From contig DASSTH010000303.1 of NCBI GenBank assembly GCA_035708025.1, positions 1-54,995 on the forward strand: a stretch of DNA of 54,995 bases, given 5' to 3'. This DNA is from Nakamurella sp. (GTDB taxonomy: Bacteria > Actinomycetota > Actinomycetes > Mycobacteriales > Nakamurellaceae). Shown one piece after another: positions 36,728-46,254 of this stretch. The translations under genes were made by a program, and so were the position numbers. The notes under the pieces are model-generated. The model saw only the letters and a list, made by a program, of their open reading frames with translations, did no database searches and was not told the origin of the DNA. Position 1 is the stretch's first letter, and every line of letters starts with the position of its first letter.

Positions 36728-37060
36728 ATGCCGGTGCAGGCGACAGTGTGGACCGCGGACTTTTCGGGCACGGTCGAGTTGGCCCGATGCGCCGGCCCGC
36801 GCACCGGTATGGCTCCTCCTCCTGATTGTTGGACAGGGTGCTTCACCGGCACGGCGAGCGGTGAGCTCGACTTGTCCAATCCGGCGTGCAAGGCCGCGCT
36901 CTACGAGTGTTGCCTGAGCCGCGGCACTCCGTTCGACATCTATCGCTGGGTGAACCTGGAGGACCTGGCCAGCCTGTGGCCGCGTTTGCACCTCGCGCCG
37001 GGACTGCGTGCCGAGTGGGAGGGGGCGCTACGGGACATCGGCCTGCTGGAACCGGCCTGA
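36728..37060 (+). CDS. Small Cys-rich hypothetical protein
   Basis: LDLSNP...ALYECCLSRG...DIYRWVNLEDLASLWPRLHL...RAEWE resembles small actinobacterial helical proteins; GGTGGAG RBS-like sequence upstream. Confidence 0.65.
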   Translation: MPVQATVWTADFSGTVELARCAGPRTGMAPPPDCWTGCFTGTASGELDLSNPACKAALYECCLSRGTPFDIYRWVNLEDLASLWPRLHLAPGLRAEWEGALRDIGLLEPA

Positions 37061-37112
37061 CCCGCCCTGCTGGAACCGGCCTACGCGCCCTGCTGGAACC
37101 GGCCTGACCCGC
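37042..37112 (+). repeat. Tandem direct repeat, three copies of CCTGCTGGAACCGGCCT (period 24/23 bp)
   Basis: Exact 17-mers at 37042, 37066 and 37089. Confidence 0.9.
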
Positions 37113-37149
37113 GTGCAGGGAAACGGCTGCTCGCTGCTGGTGGTGCGGC

Positions 37150-37167
37150 GAGGGCCTTTCGGCCCTG
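37150..37167. promoter_or_regulatory. DosR-box-like palindrome upstream of mgtA
   Basis: GAGGGCCTTTCGGCCCTG. Confidence 0.65.
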
Positions 37168-37276
37168 GGACCGGTGCATGTGCCGGTCTAGCGTCGGCAC
37201 TCGTGTTCGGCGCTATCGACCTCACCGCCCCGCTCCGCCGCTGTGCCGGGCGTGCGGGTTAGCGGGTCACACCGAG

Positions 37277-40012
37277 ATGCATGCCCTCATCCGTCACCCG
37301 CCGGCGGCCGGCCGGTTCGACGACGACCACGCTAGGTCCGGCAGGCCGGCGCAGGCCGACAACCGACCGGCCGTCCTGCTGGCCGCCGACCGGCCTGCCG
37401 CGGACGTGCTGGCCGACCTGGGCAGCAGCACGGACGGACTAGCCACGAGCGAGGCGGGTGCCCGGCTGGCCCGGTTCGGCGGCAACACCGTCGCATCGAT
37501 GCGGGCCCAGCCGTGGACCGTGCTGTGGCATCAGCTGCGGTCGCCCCTGCTCGGTCTGCTGGTGGCGGCCGCCATCACGTCATTCTTTGTGGGCCAGCGC
37601 AGCGAAGCGGTGATCATCGGCGTGATCGTGGCACTGTCGGTCGGGCTCGGATTCGTCAACGAGTTCCGGGCGGAGAAGGCTGCGCAGGCCCTGCATTCGC
37701 GGATCAGCCACCAGGCCGTGGTGATCCGGGACGGGCAACCGGTCCGCGTCCCGGTGGTCACGCTCGTTCCCGGAGATGTCGTGGAATTGCGCTTGGGGGA
37801 CCTGGTACCCGCCGACCTGCGGTTGCTGACCGTGTGCGGGTTGGAATGCGACGAAGCCGTGCTGACCGGCGAGTCGATGCCGGTGGCCAAGAGCCCCGCA
37901 CCGACGGCCGCGACCTCGCTGGCCGACCTGACCTGCTGCGCCTTGATGGGGACGGTCGTGCACGCGGGGGAGGGGCGTGGAGTGGCGGTCGCCACCGGGC
38001 CGCGGACCGAGTTCGGTGCCATGGCGGCGGACTTGGCAACCGCACCGTTGCACACCGAGTTCCAGACCGGGCTGGCCCGGTTCTCGATGCTGCTGGTCTG
38101 GGTGGCCGGGGCGCTGACCACGTTCATCTTCGCGGTGAACCTCGTGCTGCACCGGCCGCTGATCGATGCGTTGCTGTTCTCGCTGGCGATCGCGGTGGGA
38201 ATCACACCCCAGCTGCTGCCGGCCGTGGTGTCGACCAGCCTGGCCGCGGGCTCCCGGCGCCTGGCCCGCAAGCAGGTGCTGGTCAAGCGGCTGGTGTGTA
38301 TCGAAGACCTCGGCGACGTCGATGTGTTGCTCACCGACAAGACCGGCACGCTCACCCAGGGTCGCATCGGCTACCTGCGGGCCATCCCGGTCGCCGGGGT
38401 GAGTTCCGGTCAGGTGCTGCGTTGGGGGCTGGTGGCCACCGAGACCGAGGTGGACGCCGGCGGCGCGGTCGGCGGAAACGCGCTGGACGAGGCGCTGTGG
38501 GACAGCCCGGCCGCGGCCGGCGTGCGCGACGCGGTTCGACGGCACTCACGGTTGGCTGTGCTCCCGTTCGATCACGAACGCAGGCTGGTGAGTGTCCTGG
38601 TGCGCACCCCGGACGATGCCGTCGTGCTGGCGACCAAAGGGGCCCCCGAGGCCGTACTGGATCGGTGCAAAGCGGTGCCGCAGTCGTTGCGCCGGGCGCT
38701 GGCCGCCGAGTTCGCCTCCGGGAATAGGGTTGTCGCCGTTGCCGTGCGCTCCGCCGACGACGTCGGGCCGCTCACCGTGGCGGACGAGCGGGAGCTCGAT
38801 CTGGTCGGACTGCTCGTCTTCCTGGATCCGGTCAAACCGGAGGCCGCGACCGCGCTCCGTGCGCTGTCCGACCTGGGCATCACGACCCGGATCCTCACCG
38901 GAGACAACCCCGCCGTCGCACTCACGGTGTGTCGCGAGTTGGGTCTCCCACAGGGCGCCGCGTTGACCGGAGCCGACCTGGACATGGTGGATGACCCGAC
39001 GCTGGCCGCGCGGATGATGACCACCACCGTGCTGGCGCGGGTGAGTCCCGAACAGAAGGCACGCGTCGTCCGGGTGCTGCGAGAATCCGGGCACGACGTG
39101 GCATTTCTGGGTGACGGGGTGAACGATGCGCTCGCGCTGCACGCCGCCGACGTCGGCATCTCGGTGGACTCGGCAACCGATGTCGCCAAGGACGCGGCAG
39201 ATGTCATCTTGCTGGAGAAGGATCTGGGCGTGGTGGCCGACGGCGTCGCGGAGGGCCGGCGGATCTTCGCCAACACCATCAAATACGTACTGATGGGAAC
39301 GTCGAGCAACTTCGGCAACATGTTCAGTGCTGCCGGGGCCTCGCTGTTCCTGCCGTTCCTGCCCATGTTGCCCGGCCAGATCCTGCTCAACAATCTGCTC
39401 TACGACGCAAGCCAACTCGCCATCCCCACCGACACCGTCGACGAGGAGCAGCGCCGGCGGCCGTCCCACTGGGACATCGGGTTCATCCGCAGGTTCATGA
39501 TGGTCTTCGGCCCCATCAGTTCGGCATTCGATTTCGGCACATTCGCCATCATGCTGTGGTTGCTGCACGCCGGGCCGGCCGAATTCCGCTCCGGCTGGTT
39601 CGTCGAATCGCTGGCCACCCAGACATTGGTGATCTTCGCCATCCGCACCCGTCGGGTGCCGTGGTTCCGCAGCCATCCCAGCCTGCCGCTCGCGACGGCC
39701 GCCGTCGGCGTGGTGGCCGTCGGGGCAATACTGCCGGCCAGCCCGCTGGCCCGCACCCTGGGCTTCGCCCCGCTGCCGGCGTTGTTCTTCGGCGTCCTCG
39801 CGGGCATGGTCGTCTGCTATCTGGCGATCATCGAGGCGGCGAAGGCGTGGTTCTACCGATCCGCTCCGCGCCCGGAGGTACGGCGATCCCCCCACCAGCG
39901 CCATCGTCGCCACATGCGACGCCGTGCCGGTCATTTCGCCAGCACGTCCGCCGCGGTCGGCCGGGCGTCCCGGGCCGTTCCCCAGCGGCCGCGAACCGTT
40001 GGTGGTGCCTAG
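37277..40012 (+). CDS. mgtA: Magnesium-translocating P-type ATPase (P3B)
   Basis: TGESMPV.K, AVGITPQLLP, TDKTGTLT, LPFDHERR, GDGVNDA, TSSNFGNMFS, QILLNNLLYD, GWFVESLATQ, IRTRR. Confidence 0.9.
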   Translation: MHALIRHPPAAGRFDDDHARSGRPAQADNRPAVLLAADRPAADVLADLGSSTDGLATSEAGARLARFGGNTVASMRAQPWTVLWHQLRSPLLGLLVAAAITSFFVGQRSEAVIIGVIVALSVGLGFVNEFRAEKAAQALHSRISHQAVVIRDGQPVRVPVVTLVPGDVVELRLGDLVPADLRLLTVCGLECDEAVLTGESMPVAKSPAPTAATSLADLTCCALMGTVVHAGEGRGVAVATGPRTEFGAMAADLATAPLHTEFQTGLARFSMLLVWVAGALTTFIFAVNLVLHRPLIDALLFSLAIAVGITPQLLPAVVSTSLAAGSRRLARKQVLVKRLVCIEDLGDVDVLLTDKTGTLTQGRIGYLRAIPVAGVSSGQVLRWGLVATETEVDAGGAVGGNALDEALWDSPAAAGVRDAVRRHSRLAVLPFDHERRLVSVLVRTPDDAVVLATKGAPEAVLDRCKAVPQSLRRALAAEFASGNRVVAVAVRSADDVGPLTVADERELDLVGLLVFLDPVKPEAATALRALSDLGITTRILTGDNPAVALTVCRELGLPQGAALTGADLDMVDDPTLAARMMTTTVLARVSPEQKARVVRVLRESGHDVAFLGDGVNDALALHAADVGISVDSATDVAKDAADVILLEKDLGVVADGVAEGRRIFANTIKYVLMGTSSNFGNMFSAAGASLFLPFLPMLPGQILLNNLLYDASQLAIPTDTVDEEQRRRPSHWDIGFIRRFMMVFGPISSAFDFGTFAIMLWLLHAGPAEFRSGWFVESLATQTLVIFAIRTRRVPWFRSHPSLPLATAAVGVVAVGAILPASPLARTLGFAPLPALFFGVLAGMVVCYLAIIEAAKAWFYRSAPRPEVRRSPHQRHRRHMRRRAGHFASTSAAVGRASRAVPQRPRTVGGA

Positions 40013-40036
40013 CCCGCTCCGGGTGGCCGATCGCCC

Positions 40037-40054
40037 CGGGGACGTAGGTCCCGA
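40037..40054. promoter_or_regulatory. DosR-box-like palindrome upstream of the DUF4389 gene
   Basis: CGGGGACGTAGGTCCCGA. Confidence 0.6.
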
Positions 40055-40166
40055 GTGTTCCCACCATAGGTCGGTATCGACGCAGGGCGGCCGACGCGAT
40101 GCTGGGGATGTCGGAGAGGGTGTCGAGCACCGCTGGACACCACGTCACCGGACAGGGAGGTCGGCA

Positions 40167-41696
40167 ATGTCGGCAACTGGGACGTCCTACCCGGTACGCG
40201 TGGACGCGGCCGTGGAGCCCGCGACATCCCGCGGACTGTGGCTGATCAAGTGGTTGTTGCTGATCCCGCACTTCGTGGTATTGGCGTTCCTCTGGCTGGG
40301 TTTCGTCCTGTTCAGCATCGCGGCGTTCTTCGCGATCCTGTTCACCGGCCACTATCCGCGGGCACTGTTCGACTTCAATGTCGGCGTACTGCGCTGGAGT
40401 TGGCGGGTGCACTACTACGGCTATGCCGCGCTGGGCACCGACCGGTATCCGCCGTTCACCCTCGCCGAGGTCCCCGACTATCCGGCGCATCTGGACGTGC
40501 CCTATCCGGCAACCCTGTCCCGGGGCCTGGTGCTGGTGAAGTGGTGGCTGCTGGCCCTTCCGCACTACATCGTGCTGGCACTGTTCGTCGGCGGAGGCAT
40601 CTGGTTCACCACCCGCGCGCACACCGGCAACGCGTGGTGGGACACCAGTTGGGGAGTCGGGGGCCTGGTCGGGCTGCTGGTCCTGGTCGCCGCGGTGGTG
40701 CTGCTGTTCACCGGTCGCTATCCGCGGCCGCTGTATGACTTCGTGCTGGGCATGGACAGATGGGCCCTGCGGGTTGCTGCGTACGCCGCCCTGATGACCG
40801 ACGCCTACCCGCCGTTCCGGCTGGACATGGGTGGCCCGGACCCCGGCTCGGTGCCCGCCGCCTGGATCGGGCCGAGCCCGCACGGACCCGCGCAGCCGTG
40901 GCCGCAACCACCGCCGGCGGTACAGCGCACCGGATGGACCGCGGGCCGGATCGTCTCGGTGGTCGTCGGCTCGCTGCTGCTGTTCGCCGCCACCGGTACG
41001 GCGATCGCCGGCGGCGGGCTGCTCTGGACGCACTATCAGCAACGCGACGATGGATACCTCTCCTCGGCGGAGGTGGCGGTGAGCACCGGGCGATACGCCG
41101 TGGTGACCGACAGCTTCCGGCTGGAGGGAGCCGGTCTCGGATGGACGGTGGACAACGTTCTGGGCACGGTGCGGCTGCAGGCCGAGCCGGTGGATGCCGA
41201 CGGCGAGTTGTTCCTCGGAATCGGCCCGACGGAGGAGGTAGGGCGCTACCTGGATCAGGTCGGCTACACCGGGCTTCAGCACTTCGGTGCGCGATGGGAC
41301 GGTGGGCTCACCGCCACCTGGACTCCGGTCGACCACCCCGGTTCGGCGCCCGCCGTGCCGCCGGCGCGGGCCGGCGTGTGGGCCGCGTCCGCGGACGGTC
41401 CCGGCGCCCGTTCGCTCACCTGGCGTCCGGCCGAGGGTGATTGGACAATCGTCATCATGCGTGCGGACGCTGCGCCGGGAGTGCTGGCCCGGGTTCAGGT
41501 GGGTGCCACGTTGCCGGGGCTGGCCTGGATCGGTGCCGGGCTGCTCGGAGGCGGCGCACTGCTGCTGGTGGCCGGTGGGCTGTTGGTCGGGGTGGCCACC
41601 CGGCGGGCATCGACGTCCCTGACCGCGGGCGGTGCCGGGCCGGCCGGGCCGGATACCGGGGCCATGCCCGCGCTGACCGGCCGGCCGGGGTGGTAG
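40167..41696 (+). CDS. DUF4389-domain membrane protein (two repeats plus extracellular domain)
   Basis: SRGLWLIKWLLLIPH...FTGHYPRALFDF...DRYPPF occurring twice; GGGAGG RBS. Confidence 0.85.
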   Translation: MSATGTSYPVRVDAAVEPATSRGLWLIKWLLLIPHFVVLAFLWLGFVLFSIAAFFAILFTGHYPRALFDFNVGVLRWSWRVHYYGYAALGTDRYPPFTLAEVPDYPAHLDVPYPATLSRGLVLVKWWLLALPHYIVLALFVGGGIWFTTRAHTGNAWWDTSWGVGGLVGLLVLVAAVVLLFTGRYPRPLYDFVLGMDRWALRVAAYAALMTDAYPPFRLDMGGPDPGSVPAAWIGPSPHGPAQPWPQPPPAVQRTGWTAGRIVSVVVGSLLLFAATGTAIAGGGLLWTHYQQRDDGYLSSAEVAVSTGRYAVVTDSFRLEGAGLGWTVDNVLGTVRLQAEPVDADGELFLGIGPTEEVGRYLDQVGYTGLQHFGARWDGGLTATWTPVDHPGSAPAVPPARAGVWAASADGPGARSLTWRPAEGDWTIVIMRADAAPGVLARVQVGATLPGLAWIGAGLLGGGALLLVAGGLLVGVATRRASTSLTAGGAGPAGPDTGAMPALTGRPGW

Positions 41697-41723
41697 CCCG
41701 ATGCCGTCGAGGCGTCGGGCGCC

Positions 41724-42782
41724 ATGATCGTCGTCCTGTTGGCGTTCCTGGCGGCCGGGCTGTCGGCACTCAGCGCTGCCGGGGAACACCGGGCGGCATC
41801 GCGGCTGGTCCGCCGCCCCAAGACTGCCGGCACAGGAGTCGACCAGCCGTCGACGGGCACGGGCGCGTTCTCCGCCGGTCCGCCAGGGGGTGGGAGGGCC
41901 CCGATTCGGCGAGGGCGATGGCCGCAGTGGGTGGTGTTCGTCCTCGCACTGGTCACCACTCCGCTGTGGGTGGCGAGTTGGGCCGTCGATGTCGGCGCGT
42001 TCTTCGTCCAGGCGGCCGCATTGCACCTCGGTTCGCTGGCGGTGGTCCAGCCCCTGATGGTGTCGACCCTGGTGTTCACCTTGCCGCTGGCCGCGGTCGA
42101 GTGTCGCCGCTGGCCGGGCCGGGCGGACTGGGTGGGCACGCTCGTCGTGTCCGCGGGTCTGGCGTTGATCCTGTCCACCAGGCGATCCGAGACCGGAGCG
42201 GAGCAGGCCGGGCCCGGCCTGTATCCGGCTCTGGTGCTGGTCGTCGCCGGTGCGGCGGTCCTCGTCGTCGCCACCCGGGGGAGATCGGCCGCGGTACGCA
42301 CCACCGCCTTCGGGGTCGCCGCCGGCGGGCTGTTCGGCGTCGGCGCGGCCCTGACCAAGCTGACTGCCGGGATCGCCGTGGACGGCGGCCTGATCGCCCT
42401 TGCCACCAGCTGGCCGGGGTACGCGCTGGCAGCGGTGTCACTGGCATCGTTCGTCCTGCAGCAGAAGGCATACGCGGATGGCCGGTTGGCGACCGTCATG
42501 ACCGCGGTGGTCATCTTCGACCCGCTGACCAGTTACATGCTCGGCGTCGTCGGATTCGGTGAGCCGCTGCCCGCGCCGGGGATGGCGCTCGCCCTGGGCA
42601 TGCTGGGATTGGCCATGCTGGTCGCCGGAGTGGCGGTGCTGGCACGCTCGCCGCTGCTTCGCCTGCCCCGCGGGCGGGTATCGTCGGCCGGTGTCCCGAG
42701 CGGTCCGACGGGGGCCGCCCGCGCCGATGGGGGCGGCGTCACGCAGGGCGGCCGCGAACCGCCTCGATCGACTCCGCAATGA
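41724..42782 (+). CDS. DMT-superfamily membrane transporter
   Basis: P.W...VQAAALHLGSLAVVQPLMV; about 9 TM helices. Confidence 0.8.
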   Translation: MIVVLLAFLAAGLSALSAAGEHRAASRLVRRPKTAGTGVDQPSTGTGAFSAGPPGGGRAPIRRGRWPQWVVFVLALVTTPLWVASWAVDVGAFFVQAAALHLGSLAVVQPLMVSTLVFTLPLAAVECRRWPGRADWVGTLVVSAGLALILSTRRSETGAEQAGPGLYPALVLVVAGAAVLVVATRGRSAAVRTTAFGVAAGGLFGVGAALTKLTAGIAVDGGLIALATSWPGYALAAVSLASFVLQQKAYADGRLATVMTAVVIFDPLTSYMLGVVGFGEPLPAPGMALALGMLGLAMLVAGVAVLARSPLLRLPRGRVSSAGVPSGPTGAARADGGGVTQGGREPPRSTPQ

Positions 42783-44169
42783 GCTGGACGCCCGTGGTGA
42801 TCGACGTGTCGTTGAGACTGGCGTAGCCCAGGACGAGCGCGCCCGGCGCCGACCGCGGCCGGCCGATTCGGTAGTAACCGAGCCCGAACACGCCGACTGA
42901 CCGCTTCGCCGCCTCTGCCACCACCCGGCTCTCGTCGACGTCCGGCGGCAACCGCGCGATGAGGTGCAGGCCCGCCCGGGCTCCCATGATCTGCGCGTCC
43001 GGAATGCAGGCTCGCAGAGCACTGACCAGCAGATTGCGACGGCGGTTGTACATCTGCCGGGTCTGGCGCAGGTGCCGGTCCAGCTTTCCGGTGGACATGA
43101 GGTGCGCCATGGCCTGTTGCTCGATCACCGAGATGCCCAGATCGACGCCCGGGCGGGCCCGGTCCAGTTCCGCGCTGACCGCCGGCGGCGCCACCACCCA
43201 ACCCAGGCGCAATGCCGGGCTGAGGATCTTGCTGGTGGTGCCGAGGTAGATCACCCGCGATGGATCGAGCATCTGCAGCGCACCGATCTGTGCGGTGCCC
43301 AGGTTGAACTCCGCGTCGTAGTCGTCCTCCACGACCAGGCCGTCGGTGCGCGCGGCCCAGTCCAGCAATTCGGCCCGGCGCGACGGTGACATGGTGACGC
43401 CGGTCGGGAACTGGTGCGCGGGGGTGACGAAGACCGCCGCAGCGTCACTATGGCGTGCCAGATCGCTGACGACCAGGCCATTCTCGTCGACTCGGACCGG
43501 AATGATCCGCAACCCTTCCGACAACAGCGGGGGCCGCAAGCGGGGCCAGCTCGGGTTCTCCACCGCGACCGCCGTGATCCCACGCGCTGCGAAGGTGCGA
43601 GCGAGCAGGCTGACTGCCTGCACGGTGCCGGCGCACACGTGGACCCGGCGCGGATCGGTCACCACGCCGCGGACCCGGGCCAGCCGCTCGGCGAGCACGG
43701 CCCGGAATCGACGGGTGCCCACGGGTTCGGTGTAGTACAGCTCGGACAGCGGAACGGTGGCCATCACGTACCCGACGGCGTGCTGCCAGTCCGCCCGGGG
43801 AAACGAGCTGAGATCGCAAACACCGGCGGAGAAGCTGATCCGCGGCAGTTGTTCGCCGTTGATCCACGCCTCGTTGACCGACGGCACCGACCTGGCGCGA
43901 GCCACCCGGGTACCCGACCCCTGCCTGGTCTCCAGGTATCCCTCGGCGACCAGCTGCGCGTAGGCGTTCACCACGGCCGACCGCGAGCAGCTCAACTCGG
44001 CCGCCAACTCGCGACTGGGTGGGAGCTTGCTGCCGCCGGCCAGCCGCCCGCTGCGGATCGCCGACTTCAACGCGGATCGCACCCGGTCCTGCACCGGGTG
44101 CGGGTGATCGCCCTGCGGCAGCTCCAGATACAGGTCCGCTGCCCACTCGGGAAGGAAGGTGCTCATCAC
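42739..44169 (-). CDS. MocR/GabR-family regulator (GntR wHTH + PLP aminotransferase-like domain)
   Basis: LPPSRELAAEL.CSR..V..AYAQLVAEGYL; TPAHQFPTG, EDDYD, GTTSKILSPALRLGW. Confidence 0.93.
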   Translation of the reverse strand: MMSTFLPEWAADLYLELPQGDHPHPVQDRVRSALKSAIRSGRLAGGSKLPPSRELAAELSCSRSAVVNAYAQLVAEGYLETRQGSGTRVARARSVPSVNEAWINGEQLPRISFSAGVCDLSSFPRADWQHAVGYVMATVPLSELYYTEPVGTRRFRAVLAERLARVRGVVTDPRRVHVCAGTVQAVSLLARTFAARGITAVAVENPSWPRLRPPLLSEGLRIIPVRVDENGLVVSDLARHSDAAAVFVTPAHQFPTGVTMSPSRRAELLDWAARTDGLVVEDDYDAEFNLGTAQIGALQMLDPSRVIYLGTTSKILSPALRLGWVVAPPAVSAELDRARPGVDLGISVIEQQAMAHLMSTGKLDRHLRQTRQMYNRRRNLLVSALRACIPDAQIMGARAGLHLIARLPPDVDESRVVAEAAKRSVGVFGLGYYRIGRPRSAPGALVLGYASLNDTSITTGVQLIAESIEAVRGRPA

Positions 44170-44180
44170 CGCGCTCCGGG

Positions 44181-44214
44181 AAAGTGGTCTGCGATAGGGC
44201 CACCGAATTGGCTC
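44181..44214. promoter_or_regulatory. Candidate MocR operator: two AA(G/T)TGG repeats 24 bp apart
   Basis: AAAGTGGTCT at 44181 and CCGAATTGGCTC at 44203; same layout at 46255-46288. Confidence 0.6.
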
Positions 44215-44279
44215 ACGGTCAGAATAGAGCCGCTACTAGAGTCCTGCAGGAACACGGGTGGTCCGAGGGAGGAAACTGC

Positions 44280-44741
44280 GTGGCAGTCGATATCGCGATC
44301 GATCTCACCGATACCGAACATCCACTCTCGTTGATCGGCTCGATCACGCGCAATCTCGGGGTGAACATCCGCGGCGTGTGCGCCTACCAGACCAGCACGG
44401 AGCGGGTGGTGCACATCCTGCTGGAGGACGAGATCGACCTGCGACAGCACCTGTCGGTGCACGGCATCGGGTCGTGCACGGTGACCGATGTGGTGGTGCT
44501 CGACCTCGTCGACCGGCCCGGGGTGTTCGAAGCGATCACCGGGGCGGTGGACAATGCCGGAATCACCCTGAAGTTCGCGTTCACCTCGGGAGTCTGGCTG
44601 GTGCTGGGAAGTGATGACGCCGCCGGGATCCGGGCCGCCCTCACCCGCGCATTCAAGCTCGACGATCCCGAACAGTTCGGCTGCGGGACGATCAAGAGCA
44701 TGGACCCTTCGGTCGCCCCGCTGATCGACTCAGGACAGTAG
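44280..44741 (+). CDS. Double ACT-domain (amino-acid-binding) protein
   Basis: GVNIRGVC...VVVLDLVDRPGVFEAITGAVDNAGITL; GGAGG RBS. Confidence 0.75.
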   Translation: MAVDIAIDLTDTEHPLSLIGSITRNLGVNIRGVCAYQTSTERVVHILLEDEIDLRQHLSVHGIGSCTVTDVVVLDLVDRPGVFEAITGAVDNAGITLKFAFTSGVWLVLGSDDAAGIRAALTRAFKLDDPEQFGCGTIKSMDPSVAPLIDSGQ

Positions 44742-44755
44742 GTGACGGGCCGGGC

Positions 44756-45250
44756 ATGAGCACGATCTCCCGACTCGACGCCGCGTGCGTCGACGTCGTG
44801 GCCCCGCTGTGGCAGGAACTGCAGGCCCATCACACCAGAACGGCAACACATCTGGCGGCGGTCCGGCCGTTCCGGGAACCGGAGGAATCCTGGCAGCGGC
44901 GGCGCGCGCAATACCTCGGGCATTTCGCGGACGATCTGCCCGCGACGATACTGGTCGCCGAATCCGGCTACCACACCGTCGGCTATGCCATGGTGCGCGG
45001 CGTCCCCGCAGGCCCGACCCTGCGCACCGGGGATGTGGTCGGTCACCTCGACTCGCTGGTGGTGGCGCCGGAGTACCGCTCGACCGGTGTCGGCGGTGAG
45101 TTGCTGGACGCCGCCCGGGCCACGTTGGGCCGCTGGGGCCTACGGGAGGTCACGCTGAACCTGATGGCGGGCAACACGCGCGCCGAACAGTTCTACCTGC
45201 GACGGGGTTTCGTGCCCTTCGCGACCTCGTTCATTGGGGCCGACCGGTGA
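44756..45250 (+). CDS. GNAT-family N-acetyltransferase
   Basis: LVVAPEYRSTGVGGELL, N..AEQFY.RRGF. Confidence 0.9.
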   Translation: MSTISRLDAACVDVVAPLWQELQAHHTRTATHLAAVRPFREPEESWQRRRAQYLGHFADDLPATILVAESGYHTVGYAMVRGVPAGPTLRTGDVVGHLDSLVVAPEYRSTGVGGELLDAARATLGRWGLREVTLNLMAGNTRAEQFYLRRGFVPFATSFIGADR

Positions 45251-46230
45251 CCGGCACGATCCTGACGCTGCGCGGGCCCGTCGAGCCGTCGGCGCTGGGC
45301 CGCACGCTGATGCACGAACACCTGCTGCTCAACCTCACCAGCGAGTTCCGCTCGGACGGACTGCTCAACGACGAACCGCTGGTGATCGAGGAGCTGGCGC
45401 ACTTCGCGGCGGCCGGCGGGTCCACCGTGGTGGAGGTATCGACCAGCCGGCTGACGCTGGGTGCCAGCCCCGACCCGGGCGGCGGGCGGGACTCCCCGCC
45501 GTACCCCGCCGGCAGTCGCACCAGGGACAACGTGCAGGCGTTGCAGCGCATCTCGGACGCCACCGGCATCAACCTGGTGCTGGGGACCGGCCACTACCGG
45601 CAGCCCTATTTCGATCACGAGTTGATCAACACCTCCACCGTCACCGAACTCGCCGACTCGATGGTGCGCGACATCCAGGACGGCTTCGGTGATTCCGGCG
45701 TGCGGGCCGGGATCATCGGTGAGGTCGGCTGCGATCAATGGTTCGTCTCCGCCGAGGAGGAGCGCGCGCTCCGCGCCGCCGCCAGGGCCAGCAAGCGCAC
45801 CGGGGTGTGCATCAGCACCCACGCCGTGGACTACCCGGTCGGCCTCGCGCAACTCGACCTCTTCGCGGAGGAGGGGGTGGATCCGACCCGGGTCATCATC
45901 GGGCACTGCGACACCGTGAACATCGCCGGTTACCACGACGAGGTGCTGGCCCGGGGCGCATGGATCCAGTTCGACACCTTCCGCGGCCTGTGGGAGCGGG
46001 ACGTGCAGCGCAGGGTCCGGATGATCGTGCGGCTGGCCGACGCCGGCCACGCCGACCGGATCCTGATATCGCACGACGTCTGCAAGAAGTCGCATCTGAA
46101 GGCCTACGGCGGCCGCGGATTCGACTTCATACCGACGCAGCTGCCACAGCTGCTCACCGAGGCGGGCATGCCGCCGGACCTGCTCGATCAGCTGCTGGTC
46201 GACAACCCGGCACGGGCGCTCGCCGGGTAG
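45247..46230 (+). CDS. Phosphotriesterase-homology (PHP/PTER-like) amidohydrolase
   Basis: GRTLMHEHL, GIIGEVG (Glu-bridged type), ISTH, IIGHCD, ILISHD, DNP; GTGA overlap with the GNAT gene. Confidence 0.92.
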   Translation: MTGTILTLRGPVEPSALGRTLMHEHLLLNLTSEFRSDGLLNDEPLVIEELAHFAAAGGSTVVEVSTSRLTLGASPDPGGGRDSPPYPAGSRTRDNVQALQRISDATGINLVLGTGHYRQPYFDHELINTSTVTELADSMVRDIQDGFGDSGVRAGIIGEVGCDQWFVSAEEERALRAAARASKRTGVCISTHAVDYPVGLAQLDLFAEEGVDPTRVIIGHCDTVNIAGYHDEVLARGAWIQFDTFRGLWERDVQRRVRMIVRLADAGHADRILISHDVCKKSHLKAYGGRGFDFIPTQLPQLLTEAGMPPDLLDQLLVDNPARALAG

Positions 46231-46254
46231 CGGCGGGCGCCGCCGTCGGGCCTT

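Noticed and set aside
37042-37112. Possible mini-CRISPR array
   Set aside because: Repeat only 17 bp, spacers 6-7 bp and nearly identical, no cas genes; it is a tandem repeat
37178-37276. MgtL-like Pro-rich leader or M-box upstream of mgtA
   Set aside because: No convincing short leader ORF with RBS or M-box consensus visible; an Rfam search would be needed
39828-42026. 732-aa minus-strand ORF
   Set aside because: Arg/Gly/Pro-rich antisense shadow of the DUF4389 and DMT genes with no motifs
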